A stretch of DNA of 64,000 bases from an uncultured Planctomycetales bacterium (GCA_964388675.1 CAYMBL010000019.1:2539-66538), one strand, 5' to 3'. Shown: positions 39,130 through 49,186, counted from the first letter of the stretch. The notes: generated from the letters alone by a model not told the origin. Numbers and translations: made by a program.

Positions 39130-39596
39130 GCGGGCAGCGCCGACCAGCCTGGACGCGCGAGCGCCTCGCGGCTTACGCGCGACGAGCACGCAGATACATG
39201 CTGGTGGTCGCTGCGCTGCAGTTTGTTTTCGCTGCAATTGTGGGGATCTCGTTGCTCGTCCCTGCGGTGCCGATGGCGCTCAAGTGGTTCGGGATCGGCT
39301 GCATGCTGGGCGCGCTTGTGATCCTGACGTTGACACAGCCGCTCTCAGCCCGATTCCAGGCGATCACACGCCGTAGCCACTGTCCGCGTTGCTACTACCC
39401 GCGTTTCGGAATTCGCAGCGAATGCTGTCCCGAGTGCGGCAGGAAATACGATCGCTTCCGATACGATCGATTGGGCCGGCGTCGACGGCGTGATGCGCGA
39501 ACACATCGCGGCTTGCGCTCGGCGATCGTGTACGGTGGGCCGTGCCCACCGTCCGCCTGCGCTTCGCGAGATGCTGCAGTGCCGACCTGGATCTAG
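39126..39596 (+). CDS. Membrane-anchored zinc-ribbon protein (paralog 2)
   Basis: ATGA overlap with paralog 1. Two TM helices, then HCPRCYYPRFG...CPECGRKYD. Confidence 0.5.
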   Translation: MSGQRRPAWTRERLAAYARRARRYMLVVAALQFVFAAIVGISLLVPAVPMALKWFGIGCMLGALVILTLTQPLSARFQAITRRSHCPRCYYPRFGIRSECCPECGRKYDRFRYDRLGRRRRRDARTHRGLRSAIVYGGPCPPSACASRDAAVPTWI

Positions 39597-39666
39597 AGCA
39601 CGAACGATCTGTATTTTTGGCGGAGCACCAAAGGTGGGCACGGCCCACCCTGCAGCACCACAGGGC

Positions 39667-42600
39667 TTATCCAGTCCCCGACGTGCACTGCCGCACTTCC
39701 ACGTCGCACATCGCAGCCCCACCAACATTCTCCAACCGCAGACTGAACCAACGATCCGCTGCCGGATCAATTCGCAACACCGCCACGGTTAGCCCTGCGA
39801 TGAGCCGAGTCGTCAGGACGTCATGCCAAACGGCCCAAGGCCGTCCGCTCACGTATCGATGCACCGGTTGGTCGTTCAGCCAAAGCTCGTACGGGCCGGC
39901 AGTACCCACGACCAGCCGCGCATCGCGCTCCGTCGGCACGTCCAGAATCGCCGCGGCGTACAGCGATTCGCTTGCGGCAACGCCCGACGACAGATCCGAA
40001 TCGCCTGCGCGAAAGTCGGCCGACGGGTCGCCCGACTCAAGCGTACGCGCGATCCAGGACCACTCGGGCGGCGCCGCGCTGCCCGAGCGCGCGGAGCGCA
40101 GCCACGCCGAGATTTCGCGCACGAACGACTCGCTCGAGCCAATCCCGCCGGCCCGAACCCACCAGCCGTTGATGCTGGGAAACATTGTGCGCTCAAGCGG
40201 CAACGTGTAACGCCGGCCCGCCAGCTCGAACTCCGCTTCGAGCCGCAGCACGCGCGGCTGCAACGGCATCGCCACCTCGAATCGCTTTACGAATCCGTCG
40301 CCCGTCGCCGACGGCTGCTCTGCGCCGGGCGTCCACCCGGCAACATCGCAGATGCGCACCGCGACGGGTGAAGCGGTGGCGCCGCGCGCGGGCGTCGCTG
40401 AAACCGCCTGATGATGTACGTCGATGCTAGTCGGGCCGACGACGCTCACGTCTGCTCTCGCGAACAATCCGAAGCGGCGCGCTGCGTGCAGCAGGTCCGA
40501 GTCGGCGTCGCGTTGACGCTCCAGACGCGCCGCTGTTCCGCGCACGAGTCGCTCCAGCCCGCGCATGCCGCTCGCCAGCGCGTGACTGGCCGCCGGGTCG
40601 CACTCGAACTCGACGACCACACGCTCCGACACCGAACGCGGCGGCAGGCTCAGCGCTGCGCCGGTTTCGCCGGCGCACCAACCGCCCGAAAGCGGCCGCC
40701 CATCCACGCGAACCGCCAGCACTCGCCGGTCGAGCAGTTGAATCTCGTAGCCGCGCGCAGCCGGCGCGCCGGCGTACGCCCCGACCCGTGCCTCGATCGT
40801 CACGCGCACGCACGTCTGCGAACATCCGGTCCGAAACTCAGTCCACGCCGATTCGCCGCGTTCGTAGCCGCGGCTCAGGCCGTCGTCTTCGTACAAGCGA
40901 GTCACGACCTCGGCGCTCGTGGGCGCTGCGAACACGCGCAGGACGAGCGGGTCCAGCGGCGCGTTCGTGTTCTGCGCGGCAGGCGGCGTCAGTGGGATCG
41001 TCGCGCCCGCGCGCACGAATAAAGGTATCTCGTCCAGCGGCGTCGCCATCGGATAGTGCTGCGGACCGCTGTACACGCGGCCGGTGAACCAGTGCCGCCA
41101 TTCTCCGGGCGGAATCCACACGACGGTGCTTGCCAGGCCGCTGTGCGGGTTGATCGGTTCGCAGACTGGCGCGACCAGCAGATGCTCGCCGAACATGTAC
41201 TCCCCGGCAGCTCGGTACGCCTCCTCGAGTTCCGGCCACTCGTAGTACAGCGGCCGGCAAAGCCCAATCGCGTCGTCATGGCACTGCCGCGCCGCCGTGT
41301 AGACGTACGGCAGCAGTTCATAGCGCAGCCGCCAGGCCGCCCGCGCCGCCTCAAACGCCGCAGGCTCGAATTTCCAGATGCGGCGTTCCGCGTCTGGATG
41401 CTTTGTCGTGTGCGTGCGCAGAATCGGGCTGAGCGCTCCCCATTGAATCCAGCGAACGTAGAGTTCGGCGTCGACCGGGCCCGGTTGGTGCCCGCCGATG
41501 TCGTGGCTCCAATAGGCGTACGCGACATTCGACGCCGTGGCGGTGAAATGCGGCTGAAACGCCAGCGTCGCCCAATCGCAATACGCGTCACCCGAGAATC
41601 CGATCGGGAAGCGGTGATTTCCCAGCCCGCCCCAGCGGCTGAAGATCAGCGGTCGCTCGGCCTTGGCGCCGGGCGTGCGCTCCCAGTCCGTCCAGTGCAG
41701 GTGATTCAGCCAGAACAGCGGATCAAGCCCCTCGATTGCGGTCGACGTCCCCTGCTGCCAGTCCATCCACCAGAAATCAACGCCTTGTCGCTCGAGCGGG
41801 TGATGAAGCAGGGAGAAATACGCGGCGACAAATCGGCGATCGGTTGCGTCGAACGGCACGCGCTGCGCCGCGTCCGGATCGCGCTGCATCGCGCGGCAGA
41901 AATCCGCGTAGCCCGCTTCGTGCGCGCCCACGCCGTCGGCCGGGTGCAGATTCAGCGTCACGCGCAGACCTTCGTCATGCGCCCAGCGCAGAAACCCGTC
42001 TGGATAGGGAAAATAGCGCGGGTTCCACGTGTACCCGGTCCAGCCGTCGAGGTGCCAGTCCATGTCGACAACCAGCACATCCAGCGGCGTGTCATGCTCG
42101 CGAAACTCACGCACCAGGGCGCGAAACTCCGCATCGCTGTAGGCCCAGTAGCGCGACCACCAGGCGCCGAACACATAGCGCGGCGGCAGCGGAACGCGCC
42201 CCGCGATCGACGTGTACTCACGCAGCGCGCGGCGGTAATCGCGCCCGTAGGAGAGGAAATACCAATCGATCGCCTCGCGATCCGCGCGCGGCGTCGGCCA
42301 CGGCCAGTCAACCGGCGGACCGGCGCCGTCCTCGGCTGGATTCAGCACGAGCCGCTGCGAATCATCGAGCAGGACCCAGCCGTCGCGCGACAGCACGCCC
42401 GGCTCGAGTTCCAGCCCGCCCGACACGCAATCGAGCGTGCGCGCGGTGCCGCGGAGATTTCCGCCGTTCGCCGTCCCGGGTCGCCACTCGCCTTGGATTC
42501 CACCGGTGTCGAACGCAATACGGAGGTTGCCCGCGTGGAAGGGCTTCCCGTCGTCGCGGTAGTCGATGTGCAGTCCGGCCGTGCGCAGCCGCAGCTCAGA

Positions 42601-42834
42601 GCCCGCGCGGGAGCAATGAAACGGCGGCAGCGGGCGACACCTGTTCACCACGAGCAGCGATGCGCGGTCCTCAAACTGCCGCGTCGCGGACCATTCGAGA
42701 CGCACCGCTGTATCGGAAAGCAAGGTGAAGCGGGCCGCGCCGAACTCGACGACCGCCTCGGCCGCAGCGCGCGGCTCGGGCTGCGTCGGCATGCAATTCG
42801 CGGCGGCGGATCGCGGAGCTGCGCTGCCGGCCAC
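39667..42834 (-). CDS. GH31 family glycoside hydrolase with a C-terminal extension of about 450 aa
   Basis: GH31 motifs GVDFWWMDW (nucleophile region, compare YicI KTDFGE), YWSHDIGGH and RWIQWGALSPILRTH. 1055 aa. Confidence 0.75.
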   Translation of the reverse strand: MAGSAAPRSAAANCMPTQPEPRAAAEAVVEFGAARFTLLSDTAVRLEWSATRQFEDRASLLVVNRCRPLPPFHCSRAGSELRLRTAGLHIDYRDDGKPFHAGNLRIAFDTGGIQGEWRPGTANGGNLRGTARTLDCVSGGLELEPGVLSRDGWVLLDDSQRLVLNPAEDGAGPPVDWPWPTPRADREAIDWYFLSYGRDYRRALREYTSIAGRVPLPPRYVFGAWWSRYWAYSDAEFRALVREFREHDTPLDVLVVDMDWHLDGWTGYTWNPRYFPYPDGFLRWAHDEGLRVTLNLHPADGVGAHEAGYADFCRAMQRDPDAAQRVPFDATDRRFVAAYFSLLHHPLERQGVDFWWMDWQQGTSTAIEGLDPLFWLNHLHWTDWERTPGAKAERPLIFSRWGGLGNHRFPIGFSGDAYCDWATLAFQPHFTATASNVAYAYWSHDIGGHQPGPVDAELYVRWIQWGALSPILRTHTTKHPDAERRIWKFEPAAFEAARAAWRLRYELLPYVYTAARQCHDDAIGLCRPLYYEWPELEEAYRAAGEYMFGEHLLVAPVCEPINPHSGLASTVVWIPPGEWRHWFTGRVYSGPQHYPMATPLDEIPLFVRAGATIPLTPPAAQNTNAPLDPLVLRVFAAPTSAEVVTRLYEDDGLSRGYERGESAWTEFRTGCSQTCVRVTIEARVGAYAGAPAARGYEIQLLDRRVLAVRVDGRPLSGGWCAGETGAALSLPPRSVSERVVVEFECDPAASHALASGMRGLERLVRGTAARLERQRDADSDLLHAARRFGLFARADVSVVGPTSIDVHHQAVSATPARGATASPVAVRICDVAGWTPGAEQPSATGDGFVKRFEVAMPLQPRVLRLEAEFELAGRRYTLPLERTMFPSINGWWVRAGGIGSSESFVREISAWLRSARSGSAAPPEWSWIARTLESGDPSADFRAGDSDLSSGVAASESLYAAAILDVPTERDARLVVGTAGPYELWLNDQPVHRYVSGRPWAVWHDVLTTRLIAGLTVAVLRIDPAADRWFSLRLENVGGAAMCDVEVRQCTSGTG

Positions 42835-42841
42835 GACGCGG

Positions 42842-43858
42842 CTACCCGTCCGCCGAGATGATCGGCGTCGCGCCGCGCGGCCGGTATTTGTCGATCAGCT
42901 CGCGCAGCTTCGGCTGTCGCGGGTCGAGCTCGAGCGAACGATGCCAGGCCTCGATCGCGGCGTCGCGGTAGTCGGCGCGACTGCCGTCCGCCAGCGACTG
43001 CGTCATTCGCACCACCCCATAGCCCGCGTGGGCGCGTGCGTTCTGGCCGTCAAGCTCGATCGCCGTCGAGTAGTTCTTCGCCGCGTCGTCGTAACGCTGT
43101 TCGCGCCACAGGCAATACGCCAGCCGCTCGAATGCGACCGACAGCTTGCCGTCGAGCTTGATCGCGGCTTCCAGCGTCTTGCGCGCCGTGGCGAAGCGTT
43201 CCTGGTTCAGATACACCGTCGCCAGATTCACCAGCACCGCAGGCTGGCTCGTGTTGCATTCCAGCGAGCGCCGATAGGCCGCAATCGCGCTGTACGCGTC
43301 GCCGGCCGCGTCGTGCGCCGCGCCGAGATTGCACCACGCCGAGGCGTTGCGCGGCTCGAGACGCAGCGCGGCTTCGTAGGTGCGCACGGCGTTGCCGAAA
43401 TCCCCCGAGTCGTGATAAACGCCCGCCAGGCGGTACTGCGCATCGAAATCGTCGGGGTTGTTTCGAACCGCCTGGGCGTAGGCTCGCACGGCCTGTGAGA
43501 ATTTCTTCAGCAGTCGATAGACCTCGCCCAAGTTGAACGCGGCCGAAAAATCGTCCGGCTTGAGCCGTAGCGACTCTTCGAGCGAGAAGGCGGCGTTCTC
43601 GAGCTGGCCGTCCTCCTTGTAGGCGATGCCCAGCTTCAGGTGCGCTTCGGCGCGCTGCGGATCGAGCCGCACCGCCTGCTTCAGTTCCGCGATCGCGGCA
43701 TCCAGCTCACGCCGTTCGAGCGCTGCCGCGCCGCGTTCGAGGTGCCCTTCGGCGAAGGGCTTTGCCAAGCCGGTGCCCTGGCAGCCGCCGATCAGCAGCA
43801 CGCACACAAGCACGGCAACGGAACTTGCGATTCTGCAGGAATTGCTCGATTTCACCAT
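42842..43858 (-). CDS. TPR-repeat lipoprotein
   Basis: Lipobox LLIGGC. At least seven TPR units. The stop is 7 nt before the GH31 start. Confidence 0.75.
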   Translation of the reverse strand: MVKSSNSCRIASSVAVLVCVLLIGGCQGTGLAKPFAEGHLERGAAALERRELDAAIAELKQAVRLDPQRAEAHLKLGIAYKEDGQLENAAFSLEESLRLKPDDFSAAFNLGEVYRLLKKFSQAVRAYAQAVRNNPDDFDAQYRLAGVYHDSGDFGNAVRTYEAALRLEPRNASAWCNLGAAHDAAGDAYSAIAAYRRSLECNTSQPAVLVNLATVYLNQERFATARKTLEAAIKLDGKLSVAFERLAYCLWREQRYDDAAKNYSTAIELDGQNARAHAGYGVVRMTQSLADGSRADYRDAAIEAWHRSLELDPRQPKLRELIDKYRPRGATPIISADG

Positions 43859-43935
43859 GCATGCTCTCGTTGGTTGCCGGGCAACGGCGCCGCGGAAACC
43901 CGAATGCTACTTGCTGCAATCCGACGCGACGACCA

Positions 43936-45180
43936 CTACCCGACCCGCAGCCACAGCGCCTTCAGGTACTGCGACTCGGGGCAGCCGAGCTGCACCGGAT
44001 GGTCCGGGCCGGCGCCGGTCTGCGCGAGAAGCTGCGCCGGGCGGCCCGCCGCGCGCGCCGCGCGGTGCACAACCTCGCGGAACATGTCAGAGTTCACCAG
44101 GCCGCTGCAACTGCACGTCAGCAGCACCCCGCCCGGCTGCACCACCTGCAGCGCGAGCCGATTCAGATCGTGATAGCGATGCAGCGCCTCATCGATGCCC
44201 TGCCGGCTCGTGGCGAGTTTCGGCGGGTCCAGCACGCACACCTCGAAGCGACGCTGCAATGCCAGCATCTGGCGCAGATAGACGAACGCGTCGGCGTGTG
44301 CGAAATCGATCCGCACCTGGTTCAGATTCGCGTTGTCGCGCGCCAATGCGATCGCGCTCTCGTCCAGATCGACCGCCGTCACGCTCCGCGCGCCGCCCAG
44401 CCGCAGCGCGCACAGTCCGAATCCGCCGCTGTAGCAGCAAAGGTCCAGGACGTTCGCGCCGCTGCACAGCGTCGCCAGGTGTCGCCGATTGTCGCGCTGG
44501 TCGCAGAAGAACCCCGTTTTGTGACCGCCTGCGACATCGACGCGGTATCGCACTCCGTGCTCGCGGATCACAAGCTCGGCCGGCGCGTTCTGCGGCTGCG
44601 TCTGAAAGCCCTCGATACGCTCGATTTCCTCGTCGGCGCGCAGCAGGATCTGCCAGTTCTCGCCCGCGGGCCGATCCAACCGCTTCGGCGGCCCCAGCAG
44701 TTGCGCGAGCATCTCCGTCAGGTGCGCGGCACGCTCGTACATTCCGAGCGAGAAAAGCTCGCAAACCAGCCAATCGCCGTAGCGCTCCACGACCAGGCCG
44801 CTCAGCCCGTCGCCCTCCGCGTGAACAAGTCGATAGGCGTCGGTGACCTCGTCGAGCGCGTGCATGCGCCGCAGTTCGACAGCCGCCGCCAACCGGCGCC
44901 GCCAGAAGGCGTCGTCGATCGGCTCGTCGGCGTGCGTGAGCATGCGCACGGCGATCTGCGATCGTGGGTTGAACAGTCCTTTGCCGAACAGCGCGCCAGC
45001 ACGGTCGTAGACGTTGACCACGTCGCCGGGCCGCGCCGCGCGATCGGCGGCGTCGATCATCTTTTCGAAGATGAACGGATGGTACGTGTGCGAGCGCAGG
45101 CGCACCCAGGGCGACTGACCCGCGAAGTCTGACGGCGGGGAGCTGCGCTCAGGCGATCGTCGCTGGCGGGGTCGATGCAT
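43936..45180 (-). CDS. rlmI: 23S rRNA m5C methyltransferase RlmI-like (PUA domain plus class I SAM methyltransferase)
   Basis: N-terminal SPWV.. PUA-like region. SAM-binding motif VLDLCCYSGGFGL. Motifs VLDPPK and LTCSCS. The start is uncertain; ATG at 45180 is chosen. Confidence 0.7.
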   Translation of the reverse strand: MHRPRQRRSPERSSPPSDFAGQSPWVRLRSHTYHPFIFEKMIDAADRAARPGDVVNVYDRAGALFGKGLFNPRSQIAVRMLTHADEPIDDAFWRRRLAAAVELRRMHALDEVTDAYRLVHAEGDGLSGLVVERYGDWLVCELFSLGMYERAAHLTEMLAQLLGPPKRLDRPAGENWQILLRADEEIERIEGFQTQPQNAPAELVIREHGVRYRVDVAGGHKTGFFCDQRDNRRHLATLCSGANVLDLCCYSGGFGLCALRLGGARSVTAVDLDESAIALARDNANLNQVRIDFAHADAFVYLRQMLALQRRFEVCVLDPPKLATSRQGIDEALHRYHDLNRLALQVVQPGGVLLTCSCSGLVNSDMFREVVHRAARAAGRPAQLLAQTGAGPDHPVQLGCPESQYLKALWLRVG

Positions 45181-45306
45181 CGCCGCGCATCGTAGCGGCG
45201 GCGGGATTCGGCGGTTGCTCCACGCAAGGAACCGCGGAGGCGCGCTTCCGACGGGCCGCGCCTCCGCGTGGATGGTGGAGACTGTTGGCCGCAAGCGGCC
45301 GCCGTG

Positions 45307-46086
45307 CTATTCGGCGCGACCGGTCCGCGAGCAGGCGACTCGCGCCACCGCGACCAGGCCGAGCATACCGAGCAGCGCCGACGCCGGCTCAGGGATGACG
45401 CGGCCGTTGCTGCCGTCGAGCCAGCCCTGGCGGCCCCAGCTCCAGTTCGACAGGAAGTTGCCGACGTACGTCGTGTTCAATCCGGCAAACGGGTGGAACC
45501 AGTAGCCGATCAGCGAGTCATAACCGATACCCGTGTACACGTCGTTCTGCGGGTAGAGCGGCGCGTGCTCGTTGATAAGCGTGGCGTCCATCGTGAAGCC
45601 GAGCGTGCGCGTGCCGTCGTTGTTCACGACCGCCCGAATGTCCAGCAGAGCGCCGGTCGGGTCGTTCAGCGACGACCAGATGCGGTCCGGGGTCTGCGTG
45701 CCGCTGACGCCCGAGCCGTCCTTGTAGCTCGTCGTGTCGTTCTTGCCGTTGTAGCCGTAGGCGGTCAGGATCGGCGTGGCGGTGCGGGCGTCGAAGTACA
45801 GGATCGCCAGTTCGCCGTCATTGCCCTTGGGATTGGGGCCGTCGGTGAGCGCGAGCGTAAAGCCGTTGGTGAAGAGCGAAGAGCTGTTCGGTACGGCGCC
45901 GAACGTGGCGTACCACGACAGCACATTGGTGTTCGTGTTGTAGCTGGTGCTGACATTCAGGAGCGAGCCGGCGCTGTTGCTGTACGAGCCGACGGCGGGC
46001 ACGTGGTTCCAGTTGTACGTTCCGGCGAAGGCCGGCGCCGCGGCGAGTGCGGCAAGTAGCGTGTTCGAAGCAAGCCAGTTCTTCAT
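45307..46086 (-). CDS. PEP-CTERM sorting-domain secreted protein
   Basis: Signal peptide MKNWLASNTLLAALAAAPAFA. C-terminus VIPEPASALLGMLGLVAVARV. A (GAGGAG)n run lies immediately upstream of the ATG. Confidence 0.7.
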   Translation of the reverse strand: MKNWLASNTLLAALAAAPAFAGTYNWNHVPAVGSYSNSAGSLLNVSTSYNTNTNVLSWYATFGAVPNSSSLFTNGFTLALTDGPNPKGNDGELAILYFDARTATPILTAYGYNGKNDTTSYKDGSGVSGTQTPDRIWSSLNDPTGALLDIRAVVNNDGTRTLGFTMDATLINEHAPLYPQNDVYTGIGYDSLIGYWFHPFAGLNTTYVGNFLSNWSWGRQGWLDGSNGRVIPEPASALLGMLGLVAVARVACSRTGRAE

Positions 46087-46417
46087 GTCTTCCTCCTCCT
46101 CCTCGTGGTGGTGCGACATACTTGGCACGCCGATCGCGCGGGGCAATTGCAGGTGCGGAATTCCCCAGCCGGACCGATAGTGAGGCCCGCTCTCGCTCAC
46201 CTTGGCGACTTCTGCGAAGACAGGCGAGAGTCTTTATCGGAGCCGCCGTGTCGCAATAGCCGAGGCAATCGGCGGTCAGCGCTCGACAGCGGCGCGCCTG
46301 GGTCGCTATAACTTCTCGGGGGGCCTTGGGAGCATCGCACTTCCCGCCAATATGCGCCCCACCAGACGTTCGGGCCGCACCGCCGGCGTCGCCGCGCGCG
46401 TGCGTGGGAGGCTCAGT

Positions 46418-48841
46418 ATGCGTACTTGGATCGCGATCGTCGGTTGCGTTGCTTTGGGAGTCGCCGCGACGGTGACCGGCTGGGCGCCGTTGCTTGCGCC
46501 CGGCGCTGCGCCGCAGTTCGTTCCCGCGGCCATGCGTCCCGACGGTCTCGCCGCGAGTCAGGCCGACCCGGCATCGCTGCCCGCGCCGATCGATCTGAGC
46601 GATGGACTCGAAGCCGCATTTTCGATGGCTGAACCCGAGATCATCGACACGCGCGACTTCTCGCCACAGATTCAGGCTGACGAAGCCTGGACCGGCGACG
46701 TGCGCCGGGTGAAAACGATCCTCCCGGAACACACGCGCCGTCCGGCTCCGCCGCTCGGGGAAGTTAATGAACTGCCGGTCGGCGAACTGCTCGCCGAACC
46801 GCGTACGGCTCCGCAGACCCGGTTTCCGACGATCTCCCAGACACCTTGGACGCCGCCCGACCCCACGCTCGCGGTCGGCCCGGATCACGTCGTCGTCACG
46901 GTGAACATGGCGATCGCGTTCTACACCAAGTCCGGCACGCAGCAGTTCTCATCCAATCTCGACAGCACCGGCAACCCGGGCTTCTTCGAGTCCGTCGGCG
47001 GCGGCAACTTCACGTTCGACCCCAAATGCTTCTATGACCACTACTCCGGCCGCTTCGTCGTGATCGCACTCGAGGTCTACGGTTCCAGCGAAGCGTGGAT
47101 CGCGATCGCCGTCTCCGACGACAGCGACCCCAACGGCGTCTGGTACAAGTACCGCACGTGGGCGGTCGTCAGCGTGGGCTCCGACACGTTCTGGGTCGAC
47201 TACCCCGGCTTCGGCTATGACGAGGACGCCTGGTATGTCACCGGCAATCTCTTCGGCCTAAACAACGGCGGCTGGGCGGGCGTGCTCTTCCGCACGTATC
47301 GCAAGTCCGCAATGCTCGCCGGCGGCACGGCGTCCTTCGCCGACCTGCGCGATGGCGGCGCGGCGTCGGTGCAGGCGGCTCAGCACTTCGGCGCGCCGCC
47401 CGCGGCTTATTTCGCGTCGATCAACAGCACATCGTCGTTGAAGATTCACGCCGTCACGAACCCGCTGGGAACGCCCGCGCTCGCCACGACGACCACGACG
47501 GTCGCGTCGTTCACCTACCCGAGTTCCGGCGCAACCAACCCCGGCGGCGATCTCGACGTCCTCGGCGATCGCCTGATGAATGTCTGCTGGCGCGACGGAA
47601 AGCTACACACCACGCACACGGTCCGCTCCAACAGCAAGAACGTCGCACGCTGGTACGAGCTCGCCACGAACAACTGGCCCACCAGCGGTTCGGTGACTTC
47701 GGTGCAGAGCGGCAACGTCGACGGCGGCAGCGGCGTGCACACGTTCATGCCCGCGGTCTACTCCAACCGGTACGGCGACGTGGGCCTGGTCGTCGCGCAG
47801 ACCACCGCCGGCACGAATCCGGCCGTCTACACGACGGGCCGAAAGGCGACCGACGCCGCCGGCACCATGGGCGCACTGACCGAGGCGAAGACCGGCACCA
47901 CCGGGGCCTCGGGTCGCTGGGGCGACTACTTCGACCTCGCGGTCGATCCGCTCGATGATGCCACCTTCTGGCTCGTTGGCGAATACGCGAACAGCACCGG
48001 CTGGGCGACGTGGGTTTCGAGCTTCCAGATCACCGATTGCCCGCCGCCGACCGTCACGCAACAGCCGGCCTCGATCGACGCGTGTCCGGGCGATCAGGTT
48101 GTGCTGCAGACCGCGAGCAGCGCAGTCATTCCGCAGTATCAATGGCGGCGCGGCGAGACCGCGCTGGCGGATGGCCCCAATCTCGTCGGGACGCAGAGCC
48201 CGGTGCTGATCATTCTCAGCGCCGAATCCGCAGACGCCGGCGCCGACTACAATTGCCAGATCACGGACCTGTCGAACAGTTGCTACACGGTGACGGCGAA
48301 CGCGGCGGTCACGCTCGGCAACGCGCCGACGATTGAGAACTCCCCCGCCGATGCGACGGTCAACGAGGGCGACTCAATCGGATTCCACGTCTCGACGACC
48401 GAGCAGGAGGTGCTCTTCACCTTCCAGTGGCTTAAGGACGGGGCTCCGCTGGTGGACGGAGGTCGGATCGGTGGCGTGACCGCCACGACGCTCGCGATCA
48501 CCGACGCTCAGCCGGAAGACGCCGGGGTGTATGAGTGCGTCGTCACGCGCGCCGATGCGGATGCGTGCTCAACGACGAGCGCCGCGGCCACGCTGAGCGT
48601 GGAACCGAGCGCCGGCTGCGCGAATGGTCAGCCCGGCTGCGAAGCCTCGGATTTCTATCCAATGGGCGGCGATTGCGTGGTTGATCTCGGAGACCTTGGC
48701 CAACTGCTGAGCAATTACCAGATCGGCGTCGGCGGCAAAACGCGCGACGACGGTGACATCTTCCCGCCCGGCGGCGACGGATTCGTCGACCTCGGCGACC
48801 TGGGGCAGTTGCTGTCGCACTACGGGACCGACTGCCGCTGA
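46418..48841 (+). CDS. Large secreted protein (807 aa) with two Ig-like (I-set-like) domains and a C-terminal dockerin-like module
   Basis: GGGAGG lies 6 nt upstream of the ATG. Signal peptide present. Ig-like motifs DAGADYNCQITD and DAGVYECVVT. The tail is about 65% identical to that of gene 2..775. Confidence 0.7.
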   Translation: MRTWIAIVGCVALGVAATVTGWAPLLAPGAAPQFVPAAMRPDGLAASQADPASLPAPIDLSDGLEAAFSMAEPEIIDTRDFSPQIQADEAWTGDVRRVKTILPEHTRRPAPPLGEVNELPVGELLAEPRTAPQTRFPTISQTPWTPPDPTLAVGPDHVVVTVNMAIAFYTKSGTQQFSSNLDSTGNPGFFESVGGGNFTFDPKCFYDHYSGRFVVIALEVYGSSEAWIAIAVSDDSDPNGVWYKYRTWAVVSVGSDTFWVDYPGFGYDEDAWYVTGNLFGLNNGGWAGVLFRTYRKSAMLAGGTASFADLRDGGAASVQAAQHFGAPPAAYFASINSTSSLKIHAVTNPLGTPALATTTTTVASFTYPSSGATNPGGDLDVLGDRLMNVCWRDGKLHTTHTVRSNSKNVARWYELATNNWPTSGSVTSVQSGNVDGGSGVHTFMPAVYSNRYGDVGLVVAQTTAGTNPAVYTTGRKATDAAGTMGALTEAKTGTTGASGRWGDYFDLAVDPLDDATFWLVGEYANSTGWATWVSSFQITDCPPPTVTQQPASIDACPGDQVVLQTASSAVIPQYQWRRGETALADGPNLVGTQSPVLIILSAESADAGADYNCQITDLSNSCYTVTANAAVTLGNAPTIENSPADATVNEGDSIGFHVSTTEQEVLFTFQWLKDGAPLVDGGRIGGVTATTLAITDAQPEDAGVYECVVTRADADACSTTSAAATLSVEPSAGCANGQPGCEASDFYPMGGDCVVDLGDLGQLLSNYQIGVGGKTRDDGDIFPPGGDGFVDLGDLGQLLSHYGTDCR

Positions 48842-48943
48842 GTGAGGGCCTGAGAGAGTCTCAACTCACGGTGGGAATCGCTGCCTCGCGGGTTTCGTGA
48901 TCGCGGCGGAAAGCTGGCCCAAAGTTCGCGCTGCATGAAGGCT

Positions 48944-49143
48944 CCTTTCGTTGCGAGAACAACGAAAGAGCATCATCAACGCGAACTCTCTATCGCGCAA
49001 GAAGTTATGTGCAGGGCACATGATGTCCGTGAGTCAGGGGTTTTCATGCTGCTGCGAGAGTCCCTTCTCGCAGGATTGTGCTCTGATCCGAGCCCGAACG
49101 TGAGTGAGGGGTCTTGATCCTGGTGCGAGAATCTCTTCTCGCA
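48944..49143. repeat. Three hairpins, two of them within a tandem direct repeat of about 71 bp, between convergent genes
   Basis: CTTTCGTTG-cgagaa-CAACGAAAG at 48945-48968. TGCGAGA-gtccct-TCTCGCA at 49053-49072. TGCGAGA-atctct-TCTCGCA at 49124-49143. The direct repeat units are about 80% identical. Local GC is reduced. Confidence 0.5.
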
Positions 49144-49186
49144 CGATGGTGCTCCGATCCGAGCCCCCAGGCTCGCGGCGTCGCTG

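Noticed and set aside
41056-42861. A 601-aa plus-strand ORF inside the GH31 gene
   Set aside because: It is antisense to the GH31 motifs (YWSHDIGGH, RWIQWGALSP) and is Arg-rich low-complexity.
43762-45132. A 456-aa plus-strand ORF
   Set aside because: It is antisense to the rlmI and TPR-lipoprotein genes, which carry recognisable SAM-methyltransferase and TPR motifs.
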